From the NCBI RefSeq assembly GCF_018977255.1, contig NW_024704742.1, forward strand, positions 77,006,001 through 77,070,000: a stretch of 64,000 nucleotides of DNA, written 5' to 3'. The notes under the pieces were generated by a model, which was given only the letters and a program-made list of their open reading frames with translations, had not been told where the DNA came from and ran no database searches. This stretch comes from Callorhinchus milii (Eukaryota). Of this stretch, positions 40,376-52,551 are shown in pieces (position 1 is the stretch's first letter; every line of letters begins with the position of its first letter). A program made the translations under genes and the position numbers.

Positions 40376-41162
40376 AGGAACATAGGAACAGGAGTAGGCC
40401 ATTCAGCCCTTCAAGCTTGTTCCGCCATTTAATTAAATCATGGTTGATCTGTGTCTTAACCAATCCTTTCAATTCCAATTTCCAACTTTTTCCCCAAATC
40501 CCTTAATACCATGACCTACCAAAAATCTATCAACCTCACTCTTGTAAGTCTGGATGGGGGAAGAGAATTCCAGATTTCTACCACCCTTTGAGTGAAAAAA
40601 TGCTTCCAGATTTCACTCTTAAATGACCTGGTTCTAATATTAAGACTATACCCCTTGTTTTGGAGTTCCCCACCAGAGGAAATAGCTTCTCTGTATCTAC
40701 CCTATCATATCCCTTCATCATCTTAAATACCTCAATCAAATCACCCCTCAACCTCCTAAACTCAGAGGAATACGATCCAAGTTTACACAGCCTTTCCTTG
40801 TAACAACCCTTTTAGGCCTGGTAACATTCTGGTGAACCTGCGCTGTACCCCTCCAGGGTCAATTTATCTTTCCTGAGGTGTGGTGCCCAAAACTGAACGC
40901 AGTCTCCAGGTGGGGTCTGACTAACCCTCTATGCAGTTGAAGCATCATTTCTTCCCCTTTGTATTCCAGGCCTTTCCATTCACCTTTTTGATTACTTTTT
41001 GCACCCGGGAACTAGTTTTTAGTGATTTGTGGATATGGACACCCAAATCTCTTTGCTCCTCCACAGTTCTTAATTTCTCCCCATTAAGAAAATATTCTGC
41101 TTTATCTTTTTTCGGTCCATTGTGGATGACCTCACACTTCCCTATGTTGAACTCCATCTGCC
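40376..41162 (-). mobile_element. CR1 LINE 3' fragment nested in a family B SINE (40340-41475)
   Basis: (CATAGGAA)2 tail; minus ORF MEFNIGKCEVIH...EQRDLGVHIHKSLK; SINE resumes after atcat repeat. Confidence 0.9.
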
Positions 41163-41516
41163 ATCATGTCTTTGAGATGTCTAAAAGCTCTTCACAGGAC
41201 AATATTGTAAAGTGTAGTGACTGTGCATTTTATGGGAGAATCGCAGCAGCTAATTGCGCACAACAGTATCACACATACAGTCGTGGATTGAGTGACCAAA
41301 TTTTTTGTTGAAGTGATTATTATCCCCAGAAAAGCCATCCAATTGACTAACAACCGGGTTCCTACTTACTGCTAGGTAAACAGAGGCATGTGTATGGAGT
41401 AAGGAAACTTGCTTAAGGTTTCGCCCTCATCGGCCAGGAATCGAACCCAAGTCCTCTTGCTTGCGAGGCGAGAGCTATATTATAGATGTCTATAAGGGAC
41501 TTAACCAGCTTTCCTT

Positions 41517-41837
41517 ATAATAATAATAATAATCCTTGCATTTGGTACAGCGCTTTTCACGTCGGGAGGACGTCCCAAAGCGCTTCACAGAACACACTGT
41601 AAAGTGAATTGACTGTATATTTGTGGGCGAACGCGGCAGCCAATTGCGCACAGCAATGTCCCACAAACAGTCGTAGATTGAAAATGACCAATTTATTATT
41701 GCTTTTGGTTTTGGAGGGATTATTATTAGACGTGTGGAGTAAGGAAACTTGGCCAAGGTTTCGCACTGCCTGGAATTGAACTCAGGTCTCTCGCTTGCAA
41801 AGCGAGTGCTCTAACCACTGAGCTACAGGACTCCACG
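41517..41837 (-). mobile_element. Young full-length short-type family B SINE
   Basis: Intact tRNA-Ala(TGC)-like head, CpG-rich body, (TAA)n tail. Confidence 0.92.
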
Positions 41838-42024
41838 AATGAAGACAATGAAGACATCAGGTCTCAGTAGGGTTCTGCCTATACCTACAGTTTTGGTCAC
41901 TTTGCTTTCTCCTAGTATCAACTTCATTTCCTTGATGGTGAAGAGAGTCTTAGATACCTGGGTTTAATAATAATAATCTTTGTGTTTGATATAGCGCCTC
42001 ATCACATCTTCGAGGCGTCTCAAA

Positions 42025-42460
42025 GCAACGGCGATTGGCAAGTTACTGCTAACAGGATAGACTGGATAGGTTAAGCCTTTTTTTCCTTAGAGATCTAATA
42101 GAGGTGCTTAAAATTATAAAAGGGTTTGATAAAGTTAGCATAAATAGGCTGTTCCCACTCGTTGAGGAAACTAAGTAGGGGCCACAAGTATAAGATAGCA
42201 ACTCGGAATCAAAAATAGAATTTAGGAGGAACTACTTCATGCAGAGGGTACAGAGATTGTGCAATTCATTGCCTGAAGTAGTGATTGAATCAGATAGTGT
42301 AGATGCATTCAAGGGGAAGCTAGACCTTGATATGACGAAGAGGGGAAAAGAAAGGTATGGGAGGGAGTAAGGAGAATGAGTAAAGACTCTCTAGAGTCTG
42401 ATCAGCAGCATGTACTAGTTGTGCTGAATGGCCTGTTTCCTTGCTTTACACTGTGTGAAT
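42025..42460 (+). mobile_element. CR1 LINE 3' fragment
   Basis: DLIEVLKIIKGFDKV...RGHKYK-like decayed RT end and gctgaatggcctgtttcc 3' UTR. Confidence 0.8.
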
Positions 42461-42510
42461 CTGTGCTATCCCGGCACAAATGTATTTGACGTTGTGTATC
42501 CTCACTCTAG

Positions 42511-42763
42511 GTGTTGCCAGTGAATGACAAGCCTCCAGAGATGAAGCCAGGACTGAACCCCATGTTATACTGCCTTGAAGGAGAGCACATTACCATTACC
42601 ACAGAATACCTCTACGCTGCTGATATGGATAGCGATGACTCCAAACTTATGTTCATGATTGTGCGGCAACCACTGTATGGGATTGTGCGCAAAAACAGCC
42701 AAATCGTCGATCGCTTTACTCAAGCTGATGTTATCGCCGGCACAGTCACATACAGCCACATTA
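42511..42763 (+). CDS. FREM1: FREM1 coding exon 15 (VLPVNDKPPE...VTYSHI)
   Basis: ctctag| and A|gtaagt, phase 0 to 1. Confidence 0.95.
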
Positions 42764-42939
42764 GTAAGTGTCTTCAGAACCTGACTGAGGTTTCCTTGTG
42801 CGTTTTGACTGGCATGGGCTGCTTCTGTAATACATGTTAAGCTCTGTACCAGGAGCTGGTTAATTTTGTCTGCAGCTAAAGTGTATGGATGTCACTGGCG
42901 AGTGAAGATTGACACTGATGAGTTGACCTGTTGACTCTG

Positions 42940-43268
42940 ATCCGATCTGTTTACCCTTCACTCCACCATCCGCTGCCTCCGTTCGGCTGGCTCCGGCCTC
43001 CTGTTTGTCCCTTGTGCCCTCCACTCCACCATCGGTGGCCGTGCCTTCAGCCACCTCACCCCGAAACTCTGGAACTCTCTCCTCAATCCCTCTGCCTTGC
43101 CACTTCCCCACTTTCAAATTCCGCCTAAAGACCTTCCTTTTTGATCGTACTTATGGTCACCTCCCCACTCCCTGTCCCCCAGCTCGGGTCAAACTCCGCC
43201 ACTGTCAAGTGCTCTGGGACTCTATCCCATGTGAAGGGCGCTATATAAATGCAAGTTGTTGTTGTTGA
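42940..43268 (+). mobile_element. L2 LINE 3' fragment
   Basis: Similar to 55815-56160; gtgaagggcgctatataaatgcaag(ttg)n tail. Confidence 0.82.
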
Positions 43269-43804
43269 CTCACTTGAGTAGCTGACCCATGCAGACAAGG
43301 AAAGTCCAAGGTTTGATCCCAATCTATGCCGAGTGGAGGTTCCAGCAGATTATTGTGAGATTTTTTTTAAATGGCTCCAGTTCTCTGGCCTCAACCACCC
43401 CTCCCAGTATCCTTTCCAGCCATTAATTCATTCATTCTTTTGTGTAAAGAAAAAATGTCATGAAATTTGCTCTTTGCAACCATGAATCTGTGCCTCCTTG
43501 TCAGAGTGAAACTTTATTGTGAAAGGACTATGAGTAAAGCTTTGTGGAGTGACGTTATCCCTCCCCCCAAAAAATTATGCCTCAACACGATGGCACCCAG
43601 TGACAGTTTAGACATGTCTCAAAACGTTCACATTTAATCATATGGTGCTGGGGTGGGGGGGACTGTAGGGTGAGTGTTCGGGAAGGATGAAATCAGATGG
43701 GCCAAAGGGCCTTCTTTATCCAAACCAACCTTATGATAAATAGTAATCCTTGGATCGATACAACACCTTTCAGATTCTGCTCTTCTCACATTTCCTTCTT
43801 TCAG

Positions 43805-43999
43805 GTGGGGAGGTCGGTTTGAATCCCTGCTTTGACACCATCACTTTTGTTGTCTCGGACTGGGATGCAGGCACAGTGGGAGGCTGTTGCTATGAGGAGC
43901 CTGTTTCCCCCCCAAGATCTCTGCATGACTCTCTCCCCGTGTATGACCTCAACATCACAGTCATGCCCATCAACAACCAGCCGCCGACCATTAAGATCG
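43805..43999 (+). CDS. FREM1: FREM1 coding exon 16 ([13 protein letters not shown]...NQPPTIKI)
   Basis: tttcag| and G|gtaagt, phase 1 to 1. Confidence 0.95.
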
Positions 44000-44041
44000 G
44001 TAAGTAAATAAAACAATAATGTTGTTTATATTATGTGTATT

Positions 44042-44465
44042 AGCCTGGCTCAGTGGTAGCACTCTCGTGTCTGAGTCAGAAGTTGTGGGTTCAAGCCTCA
44101 CATCGGGACTTGGAATCACATACTCTAAATGGACACACCAATGTAGTTCTGGGAATGTATTGCATTGTCAGAGGTGCTGTCCTTCAGATGTGATGTTAAA
44201 CCGAGGTCCTATCTGCTTGTTCATGTGGATGTTAAAGATTCCGTGGCGCTATTTGAAAAGAGAAGGGAGTTTCTCCCGGTGTCTTGGCCAACAACCCCCC
44301 CAAATAAATAATTGGTCACTCACTCCATGGCTGTTTGTAGGACATTGTGTGCAACTGGTTGCTGCTATACACTCAATTCCCCTTACAGTATATCCTGTGA
44401 AGCGATTTGAGATGACTTAACAACTTGATAAGGCGCTATATCAAATGCAAGGATTTATTATTATG
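44042..44465 (+). mobile_element. Full-length family A Deu-domain tRNA SINE (best copy; further copies at ~1500, 5155, 5825, 11770, 27130, 33195, 36700, 44815, 45995, 50215, 51685, 53320, 59180)
   Basis: tggctcagtggtagcac...ggttcaag head, Deu core as recalled for SacSINE1/AmnSINE-type elements, L2-like tail. Confidence 0.88.
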
Positions 44466-45604
44466 TTTTCCTGTTTTAATGTATTTGGACACATCTGACA
44501 TTGCCTGTTTACATTCACCAAACAACCTTTGCCTCTAGAAGAACATTATACTTCTACAATCCCCCATTCCCAATGTTGAGGATTTTTTTTGAAGCTTAAA
44601 ATATTTTGGGAGAAATTTGCAGCATGTTGTTTTTCATTTGATGCAATAAATATGCCCCAACACAATGGCACCCAGTGACAGTTTAGACATGGCTCAAAAT
44701 GTTTACATTTAATCATATGGAGCTGGAGTGGGGAGACTGTAGGGTGCCTGTTCTGCATGCGATCAGATGAGCCAAATGCCCTTATTCAACCAAATTAATC
44801 TTGTGATAAATAAATAGTAATCCTTGCATTGATATAGCACCTTTCACTTTGGGAGGACATCTCAATTGCTTTGTGGAATATACTGTAAAGCGTAGTGACG
44901 GTGTGTTTTGTAGGCGAAAAAGGCAATTTGTGGACAATAATAACCATGAAGTGAATGATCAATTTCATCTGGAGGATTGCCAGTCAGGACACTGGGAGAA
45001 ACTCTCTTCTCTTTTCAAATTGTGCCGTGGGATGTTTAACATCAGACAGACATGACCTTGGTTTAACACCTCACCTGATGGATAGATGTGTTTAATATAT
45101 ATATGCACCATGAAATGATGTAAATTTCATTTCTATTTTTCAACCTCCCTTGTATGATCTTTCTGTGCCATATGGAATCCCCAGGTGAGGAGTTGGCAGG
45201 GTATGTGGTTTGTACCTTTTCCCATGGCAGGAGTGGTGCAGTCACATCACCACTATACCTATTCAATTTGAAGAAGTGATGGGAGGATGATAAAGTGGGA
45301 ATGAGATCAAAAGGGCCTTTTTTATCTGAACCTGTCTTGTGATCTTGTGAGGTCTGTGGAGTCCTGGCCTGTATGACCTCCTCAGTGATCCACTGGTTCA
45401 GTACCCAGATATAGAAATCAAAATACAGGCAGTTCAGTTGCATCTGTGTCCCCGAAGAATCTGCACTGACTGCAATTTAGCAACACAAGAGGACATTTCA
45501 CTGGTGAGGGTGGTCTGAGAACCAATCAGAACATTTGGTTATATAGTATTTGGGAGCAAATAGTGAGCACCTTCCTCTTCACCTTCTGTGCTGCCTCATT
45601 CCAG

Positions 45605-45790
45605 GTCCAATGTTTGTCGTTGATGAGGGCTCCACTGCATGCATCACACTTTCCCACCTCGATGCCAGTGACCAGGATACTCCGCTGGAGGCACTGACTT
45701 TTGTTCTGGTGTCACCTCCCCAGTTTGGCTTCATTGAGAACACTCTGCCTTCACCGGGCTATGAGAAAAGCAACACCGGTATCAGTATAG
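45605..45790 (+). CDS. FREM1: FREM1 coding exon 17 ([10 protein letters not shown]...EKSNTGISI)
   Basis: ttccag| and G|gtaagt, phase 1 to 1. Confidence 0.95.
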
Positions 45791-46789
45791 GTAAGTTACA
45801 ATAGAAAATAATGAGCTTTTTCTGGATCATTAGGTTCCTGTGTGCAGTGAATCATTTTTTTTAATGTTTGTTTTTCATTAGTCCAGTTTTCCCCCTTCTT
45901 TCCTCGTGCTAACATGCTATCAAATGCAATGATTATTATAATTGAGTGCTTAAGATTATACAAGCTTAGTTATCCTATGGTATAATAATAAATTTTATAA
46001 AATCCTTGCATTTGGTATATTGATGCGTATTACATCCAATTATTTCCAAGTGCTTCACTTATAATTGGTGTAAAGTGGAGCTGAGCGCAGAAGCCAATTT
46101 ACACACAGCAATGTCTCATAAACAGCCATGAAGTGAATGGTAATTTTAGCTGGAGGATTGTTGACCAGGTTGGCAGGAGAAACCCCCTTTTCTTTTCAAG
46201 TAGTGACATGGGATCTTTAACACCCACCTGAACAGGCAGACAGGACCTGGGTTTAATATTTCACCCAAAGAACAGTGCGTCCAACAATATAGCGTTCCCC
46301 CAGCACTGAATGTCATCTTAGACCAATCTGAAATTGAATGATTCCCCCACTCGAATAGCCTGTCGACACTCACCATCTGGGCTTCTGTATAAAGAATGGC
46401 AACTTTGGGGAGTTACTGGAGGGTGACTACTGCCCAGCAAATGTTTGCCCCTCAGTAGATCCACAAGAAATAAAAGTTAATAAAATAATAAGAATAATCT
46501 TTACAATTGATATGGCACCTTTCATGTTGGAAGGACATTTCAAAATGCTTCACAGAATATTCTATACAGTATAATGACTAATTTTGTAGCCAAATGCAGT
46601 GGCTAATTTGCGCACTGCACAGTAAAGTCCTACAAACATCATGAAGTAAATGATCAATTTTATTTGCAGGGGATTGTTGACCAGATCACTAGGAGAAACT
46701 CCCTTTACTTTTCAAAAAAAAAAGTGGAATTTTGCAAATCTGTTGACTTCCCCTGCTGATGAGTTTCTTTTTCCTCCTTGTATGCCTAG

Positions 46790-46986
46790 GTTCATTTGCT
46801 CTGAAACATGTGAAGGATTCTTATATAAACTATGTTCAGTCTCGACACCAGAGGATTGAGCCTACCGCAGATCAGTTCATGCTGTATGTTACTGATGGGG
46901 AGCACCGGTCCAGAGAGAAGCCATTTTATGTTGTAATTCACCCTACAAATGACGAGATACCAGATTTTCTTGCCAGGAATATCACT
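46790..46986 (+). CDS. FREM1: FREM1 coding exon 18 (GSFALKH...LARNIT)
   Basis: gcctag| and ACT|gtaagt, phase 1 to 0. Confidence 0.95.
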
Positions 46987-47491
46987 GTAAGTAGAGGAAC
47001 ACCTTAAATCAATACAATACCAAATTACATTTGTGTAGTGCCTTTCAAGTCGGGAGGTGTTCCCAAGGCTTTGGACAGTCAGGGATTTGGACCTGTGCTG
47101 GGGGTCGGGATCAGGAAGGTTGGAGGGCAGGGAGGGTAGGAGAGAAGTGGGTGCCCCATTGGTTAAGCACTGAACTTGACCTGGGCTCCAGTCCTAGTAG
47201 AGCTTTCATTCTTCTGAGCTGATCAAAATGAGTGAAATTTGGTTGATCAACAGTATCCTCCTAATTCTCATTGGAGTTTATAACTGTTCATAATAGTCAA
47301 TATTTTTAGCAAGAAAGCAATTCATTCCTGGCCTTCCACTGCAGGGTTTGCGTACACCCTCTTATTTTCAACCAGAATTGTTAACATTCTATAAGAGTTC
47401 TGTTTATTTTGGAAATTACTACATAAGATTGCTGACTAGGATTTTAATAAGGGTATCTCTCTTCCCTTTCAACCATTCTCTTACTGTCTTG

Positions 47492-47492
<1 letters not shown>

Positions 47493-47516
<24 letters not shown>
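47493..47516. repeat. (TC)n microsatellite
   Basis: ttctctctctctctctctctctc. Confidence 0.9.
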
Positions 47517-47522
<6 letters not shown>

Positions 47523-47656
47523 AACTCTTCAAATGAGCTAACTACCAGCTATTTCCCTGGCCCCTTTATATTGTTCATCTGCAACTATTCACCCTAATCA
47601 GTTTAAAAATGTTTCATCTTGTTTTTTTAAAAATCCCGTCCGTCACTTTATTGCAG

Positions 47657-47867
47657 GTACCCGAAGGTCAAATGTGCGAATTGGGTCCATCAATAATCAA
47701 CGTGGTGGACTTCGATGTGCCCCCGGACAACCTGATGTTCACTGTGACCCAGCAGCCACAGCACGGGATGATGGTGAATGGAGTGTTTGGGAAAGATGTT
47801 AATCGATACAGTCACCGGCACCAGGAACTCCCTGTCCGTGACTTCACGATGGATCAGCTGAAGCATG
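47657..47867 (+). CDS. FREM1: FREM1 coding exon 19 (VPEGQMCELG...MDQLKH)
   Basis: ttgcag| and G|gtatac, phase 0 to 1. Confidence 0.94.
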
Positions 47868-48463
47868 GTATACTGTATGATAATAATAATAACCCTTCCG
47901 CTTGATATAGTGCCTTAGGTTCTCTGACCTCAGGAGATGTTCACAGCTGAGCAAGATCCCATCAAAGTTCCAGGAGGAATTTCAGGCCTAATAAGATGAG
48001 CCACTCTTGACTAAATATACTAAATGCAGCTGGGTTGGGGAGGGGGGCGGTTGCCCTATTATCTCTGCCACCCTCTGCTGGGATATGGTTTCACAGGCCC
48101 TCTCTCACCTCAGATATGAATTTTCTTGTGTGAGTGATAGTCAGAGTTAGTAAGCTCTTTAACCACTGGGAGGCATCATAGCTGATCTTGTCCTCACCCA
48201 AAGATCCCACACCTGCATTTCGTAGGAGTGTCTACTGGACAGTGATCAGGAAACAAACTTCCCTAAACAAGAGAGCTGAGGCCAATTCCAGCTTCCCTAT
48301 AGCTGCCCAGGCTGAGAACAGCTAACTCAGTATGGAACACTCTGCAGTAGGATGTCCAGCCATCTTTCGAACTAAAGTATGTAATACAAAGAGTATTTGG
48401 GTACTTGATGTATGATCTGCATCCTGTGTCTTACCTGTCTCCCGTTCCACTCCTTCCTCCCAG

Positions 48464-48608
48464 GAATGAAACTGATGTATATGCATGATGACTCTGAAAC
48501 TACAGCCGATAGCTTCACAGTGCAGTTGTCAGATGGCAAGCACAAGATCCGCAAAGCCATTTCAGTCCAAGTCCTTCCAATCAATGACCAGAAGCCTTTA
48601 CTCATCAG
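48464..48608 (+). CDS. FREM1: FREM1 coding exon 20 ([12 protein letters not shown]...QKPLLI)
   Basis: tcccag| and AG|gtaagg, phase 1 to 2. Confidence 0.95.
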
Positions 48609-49577
48609 GTAAGGTGCACCACCTTTGGTATACTCAGCTCTTCTTTGCTGAGGGTGAGAGTATACTTCTGAGGCATTCCAGATAGCGTTGTTAAAACATA
48701 GACATAATTAGAGCAAAGGGAAGCAAATTAGCCCATCGGGTCTTTGCCTCTTCTCATATCCTTCAGAGGATATCTAACCCACACAAAACGTGACCAGTGA
48801 GTATTTGATGCCGTCAATATTCACATGAATGTCTGTGTGTGCACAATCAGGCCTATATACTTTTTCCTCTTCCTGCTCTGGGCAGCTTAGTGCAAGGCTG
48901 TACTTGTACTTGTACTTCAGCGCTTTAGGATGTCCTCCCGATGTGAAAGGCGCTCTATAAATGTAATTTTGTTGTTGTTGTTGTTGTACTTTTACCCAAT
49001 GAGCCATCAGCCACTTTATCTGGAAAGGACACATTGTCGTCACTTCACAGTGAGGTTTCAGAGAGGGATAATGTAATGGCAAAGGACACAATAAGGTTCA
49101 TTGAAGCTAATGAGCAGCACACACAGATGATGTCTGAGATTGGGAGGGTAGGATGTGGTGTATATCAGATGTATTAAATTCCTCTCTGGAATTTCCTTCC
49201 TGTATCTGTCTGACTTGTCAAGGGTAGATTAAAAAAGATTGCTTAATTGCACTCACTGATGTTATCGCTTCAACATCTGTTAAATGTCAATTACTTGTAC
49301 AGGAGTGAATTGGTCTATGTACACTGTAAGGGATGCTCATTTGTGTGATCCTGTTTCCTTGTGCTCTGCAACATGTCACATGTTACAGAGCACAAGGAAA
49401 CAGGATAACACAATGAGCATCCCTTGCAGTAGTGATGCTAGATACATCTTTAGTATCAAAGAATATTACACTCATGACATACAGAGAGATATTAACAAAG
49501 AGAAATCCCCGGAAGTGAAGGGGAGGGGGGAACCTTATCCAGGAAAAATCTTGCTGAGATTTCCCTGTCTCTTCTAG

Positions 49578-49719
49578 GAATAACGGCCTTGAGATGGAGA
49601 TGGGGGAAACACGAATCCTTTCCAGTGTTGTGCTCGTGGCTGAAGACAAGGACACCCCCAGGGAGCATGTTTATTACATGATACAAAGTGCCCCTAAACA
49701 AGGAGTGCTTCAGCTCAAG
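49578..49719 (+). CDS. FREM1: FREM1 coding exon 21 (NNGLEMEMGETR...GVLQLK)
   Basis: ttctag| and AAG|gtcagc, phase 2 to 0. Confidence 0.95.
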
Positions 49720-51255
49720 GTCAGCGACAGTGTTTCAGGATTTAAAGTTTCCCAATCTGATACAAGTCAGAGGCTCATAGTATATCCTGTGAAGCGTTTG
49801 AGATATCCTACTGACACTTTATCAAGTTATCAAGGTCTTCTAAAATGCTTCACAGGATATACTATGAAGTGCACTATGACTGTTAAAAGCAAAAATGATG
49901 ACTTTTCTATTCTGAGGGAGAAACCTTTCTTCTCAAGTCAGACATGTGTTCAGTCCCGAAGCTGATGTTAGAACCAATTGAACGGAGATAGGTTTTTAAC
50001 TTGAATTTCTGCCCTATTCCCTAATCTCAAGACCCTTCTCTTCGACCGTGCCTTTGGTCTCCCTCCCACCTCTCTGCCTTCACTCACCCCTAGAAATGTA
50101 ATTTTGTTGTTGTAATCCATTGAAACTAATTGGGGGGAAAAGAATGTTTAGGAAAATCTCAATTTTTACTCCATAAATGCAGTTGACTTGCATGATTTGA
50201 ACAACTATGATACTATAATAATATTCCTTGCTTTTGATATACCTTATATTGTCGATGTTTCAAATTGCTTCACAAGATGTATTGTAAAGTGTAGTGACTG
50301 TATTTTGTGTGCATAAACCGCAATAAGTGACCAATTTAATTTGGGGGATATTTAACCAGGGTTCTGGGAGAAACTCCCTTTTCATTTGAATAGTGCTGTG
50401 GGATCTTTAACCTGAACAGGCAGACAGGATCTCAGTTTAATGTCTTATCTTAAGGAGCTACACCCCCAATACTGTATTAGAGTGTAAGCATAGACTCTGT
50501 GAATTCCCATACTGACACAGGAAGAATGTCTACTGAAAGCAAGCATCCAGAAAGCAGACTGGAATCACAGTAGTGAAACAAGAAACATCTTAAATAAAAC
50601 AAAATAGTAGAAATTATTTTAATAGTGATATAGTAAAAGTCTTACCTTTATAAATCATATAATTGCCTAAGTTCCACATTCATCCAAATCCGATTCAGTT
50701 TCCTATGAAAACCACAAAGATATATTTGCACTATTCTCCTAACTCATAACACTACTCCCTACCCTTCATTACTCCTGCACTACCCAGCTGCATTGAACCT
50801 TGATCCATTGACACATGCGCAGAAGGACTTAAATTTCCTGCAATTCAATCCATTCCAATTCTTGCCAGTAAGTGCGCATGTGGCGATGGGTCAAGATGCA
50901 TTGTATCTCGGAAATCTCCGGCTGCATTAATTTACACAGGTGCTGTGTAGATTATTGATTAAATCGGATTTTCTACCACTTAGTTGAGGTCTCAGAAGAC
51001 CTCAACTAAGTGCTACAAACCAGTTTGCCTGAAACTTGGACTTGGTGTAAGTCACATTAAATGTTATGGTCCCGTGTGATACGACTTAGGTGAGTTTTAT
51101 TGTAGTGTTTTCTGTTTGTCACTTCCATTCAATATAAAATGTTGGTTAGTATTGCTTAGTGCACAAGAAGCAGACTTTCTTCTGTTTGTCTTTTTCTTGG
51201 TGTACAATTACGATAGAAGTTTCCTGGTTTATTTTGACTTTGTTGTTTCCCTCAG

Positions 51256-51451
51256 GTGGGCAACAATTGGATACCTCTGAATCCAGCAATGAACTGGAGT
51301 CAGGACGACCTGGACATGAATCTAGTGAGATACGTACACACTGGAGCACTGGGTTCAAAGGACCAGGACAGGTTTAGTTTCCATCTGTCAGACGGTGATA
51401 ACCGGTCACCAGTGCATCATTTTTATGTCACCATTAGGAACATGGAAAAAG
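51256..51451 (+). CDS. FREM1: FREM1 coding exon 22 (VGNNWIPL...IRNMEK)
   Basis: cctcag| and G|gtacat, phase 0 to 1. Confidence 0.95.
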
Positions 51452-51700
51452 GTACATAATTACCAATGGCAGTAGAGATATATTGTATGGCTTTAAAACC
51501 AAGTGAAAAGCGATTCAATTTTAACCTATTTCCATATACATTGCCATTTGCCTACAAAATACATAGTCACGACATTTTATTGTGTATCCCGTGAAATGCT
51601 TTGAAATACCCTCCCGATGTGAAAGGTCTATTATCAAATGTAAGCATTATTATTTTTATTGTTTGTATATATATATATTTATATAGCTCATAGTCTAGAA

Positions 51701-51807
51701 CTGTGGTGGCCAACCTATGGTCCACAGGCCAGAAGTGATATCAATCAAGAAATATTCAATCAAGAAAATTCATCTTGTTGGCTGACTGAAAAGATTGGCC
51801 ACCACTG
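51701..51807. mobile_element. hAT/Charlie-like MITE inserted in a Deu SINE
   Basis: TIRs ctgtggtggccaacc / gattggccaccactg; 8-bp TSD-like gtctagaa / gtctacac; related partial copy at 5385-5456. Confidence 0.7.
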
Positions 51808-52286
51808 GTCTACACTGACACTCCAATACAGAGCTGGATGTGTACTGCCTTATTGGAGTTTCCATCCTTCAGATGAGACGTTAAACTAAGATCCCTGCCT
51901 GTCTGCCTGTCTGTCTCTTCAGATGGACGTTAAAGACTGCAAGGCACTACCTGAACAGAGAAGGGAATATCTTCTGGCATCCTGGCCAGCAATACTCCAA
52001 ATAAAATTGTTACTCACTCTATGGCTGCTTGTAGAACATTGCTCTGCACATAATCGCTGCTGAATTTACCCACAAAATACACAGTCGTGTCACTTTACAG
52101 TAAATCCTGTGAAGAATTTTAAGGCATCTTGACAATGTGATAAGGCACAATATCAAATACAATAATTATTTTTATCATAATATTAAACGAATTAATTAAT
52201 TATCAAGCTGTGGCTTTCAGTGATTGGAAACAGAAGAGCTGGCATCACTTTAATAAGGATTCATTTGACCTTGGTTACCTTTCTAG

Positions 52287-52551
52287 GTGAAATTGCAGTG
52301 TTTCTCAAACCACTTGCCCTTGCCAAGGGAGGCCGAGGCATTCTGACTACAGCCGAACTCCTTGCTGCCGATGGCACTGATAAACCCGAAGAGCTGCTAT
52401 ATGTAATAACAGCCCCGGCAAAATATGGACAAGTGGAATACATCGGTCACCCTGGATTAGTAATAACCAGCTTCACCCAGATGGACGTAGCGGCTCAGAC
52501 AGTCTGTTACACTCACAGCAGCAAGGCGGATGTCACAAGAGATTCATTCCG
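52287..52551 (+). CDS. FREM1: FREM1 coding exon 23 ([10 protein letters not shown]...TRDSF)
   Basis: ttctag| and CG|gtaaga, phase 1 to 2. Confidence 0.95.

Noticed and set aside
15..44420. Recurring ORFs such as KCKDYYYY, SVKRFE, GPVCLFRWMLKIP
   Set aside because: Chance translations of multicopy SINEs
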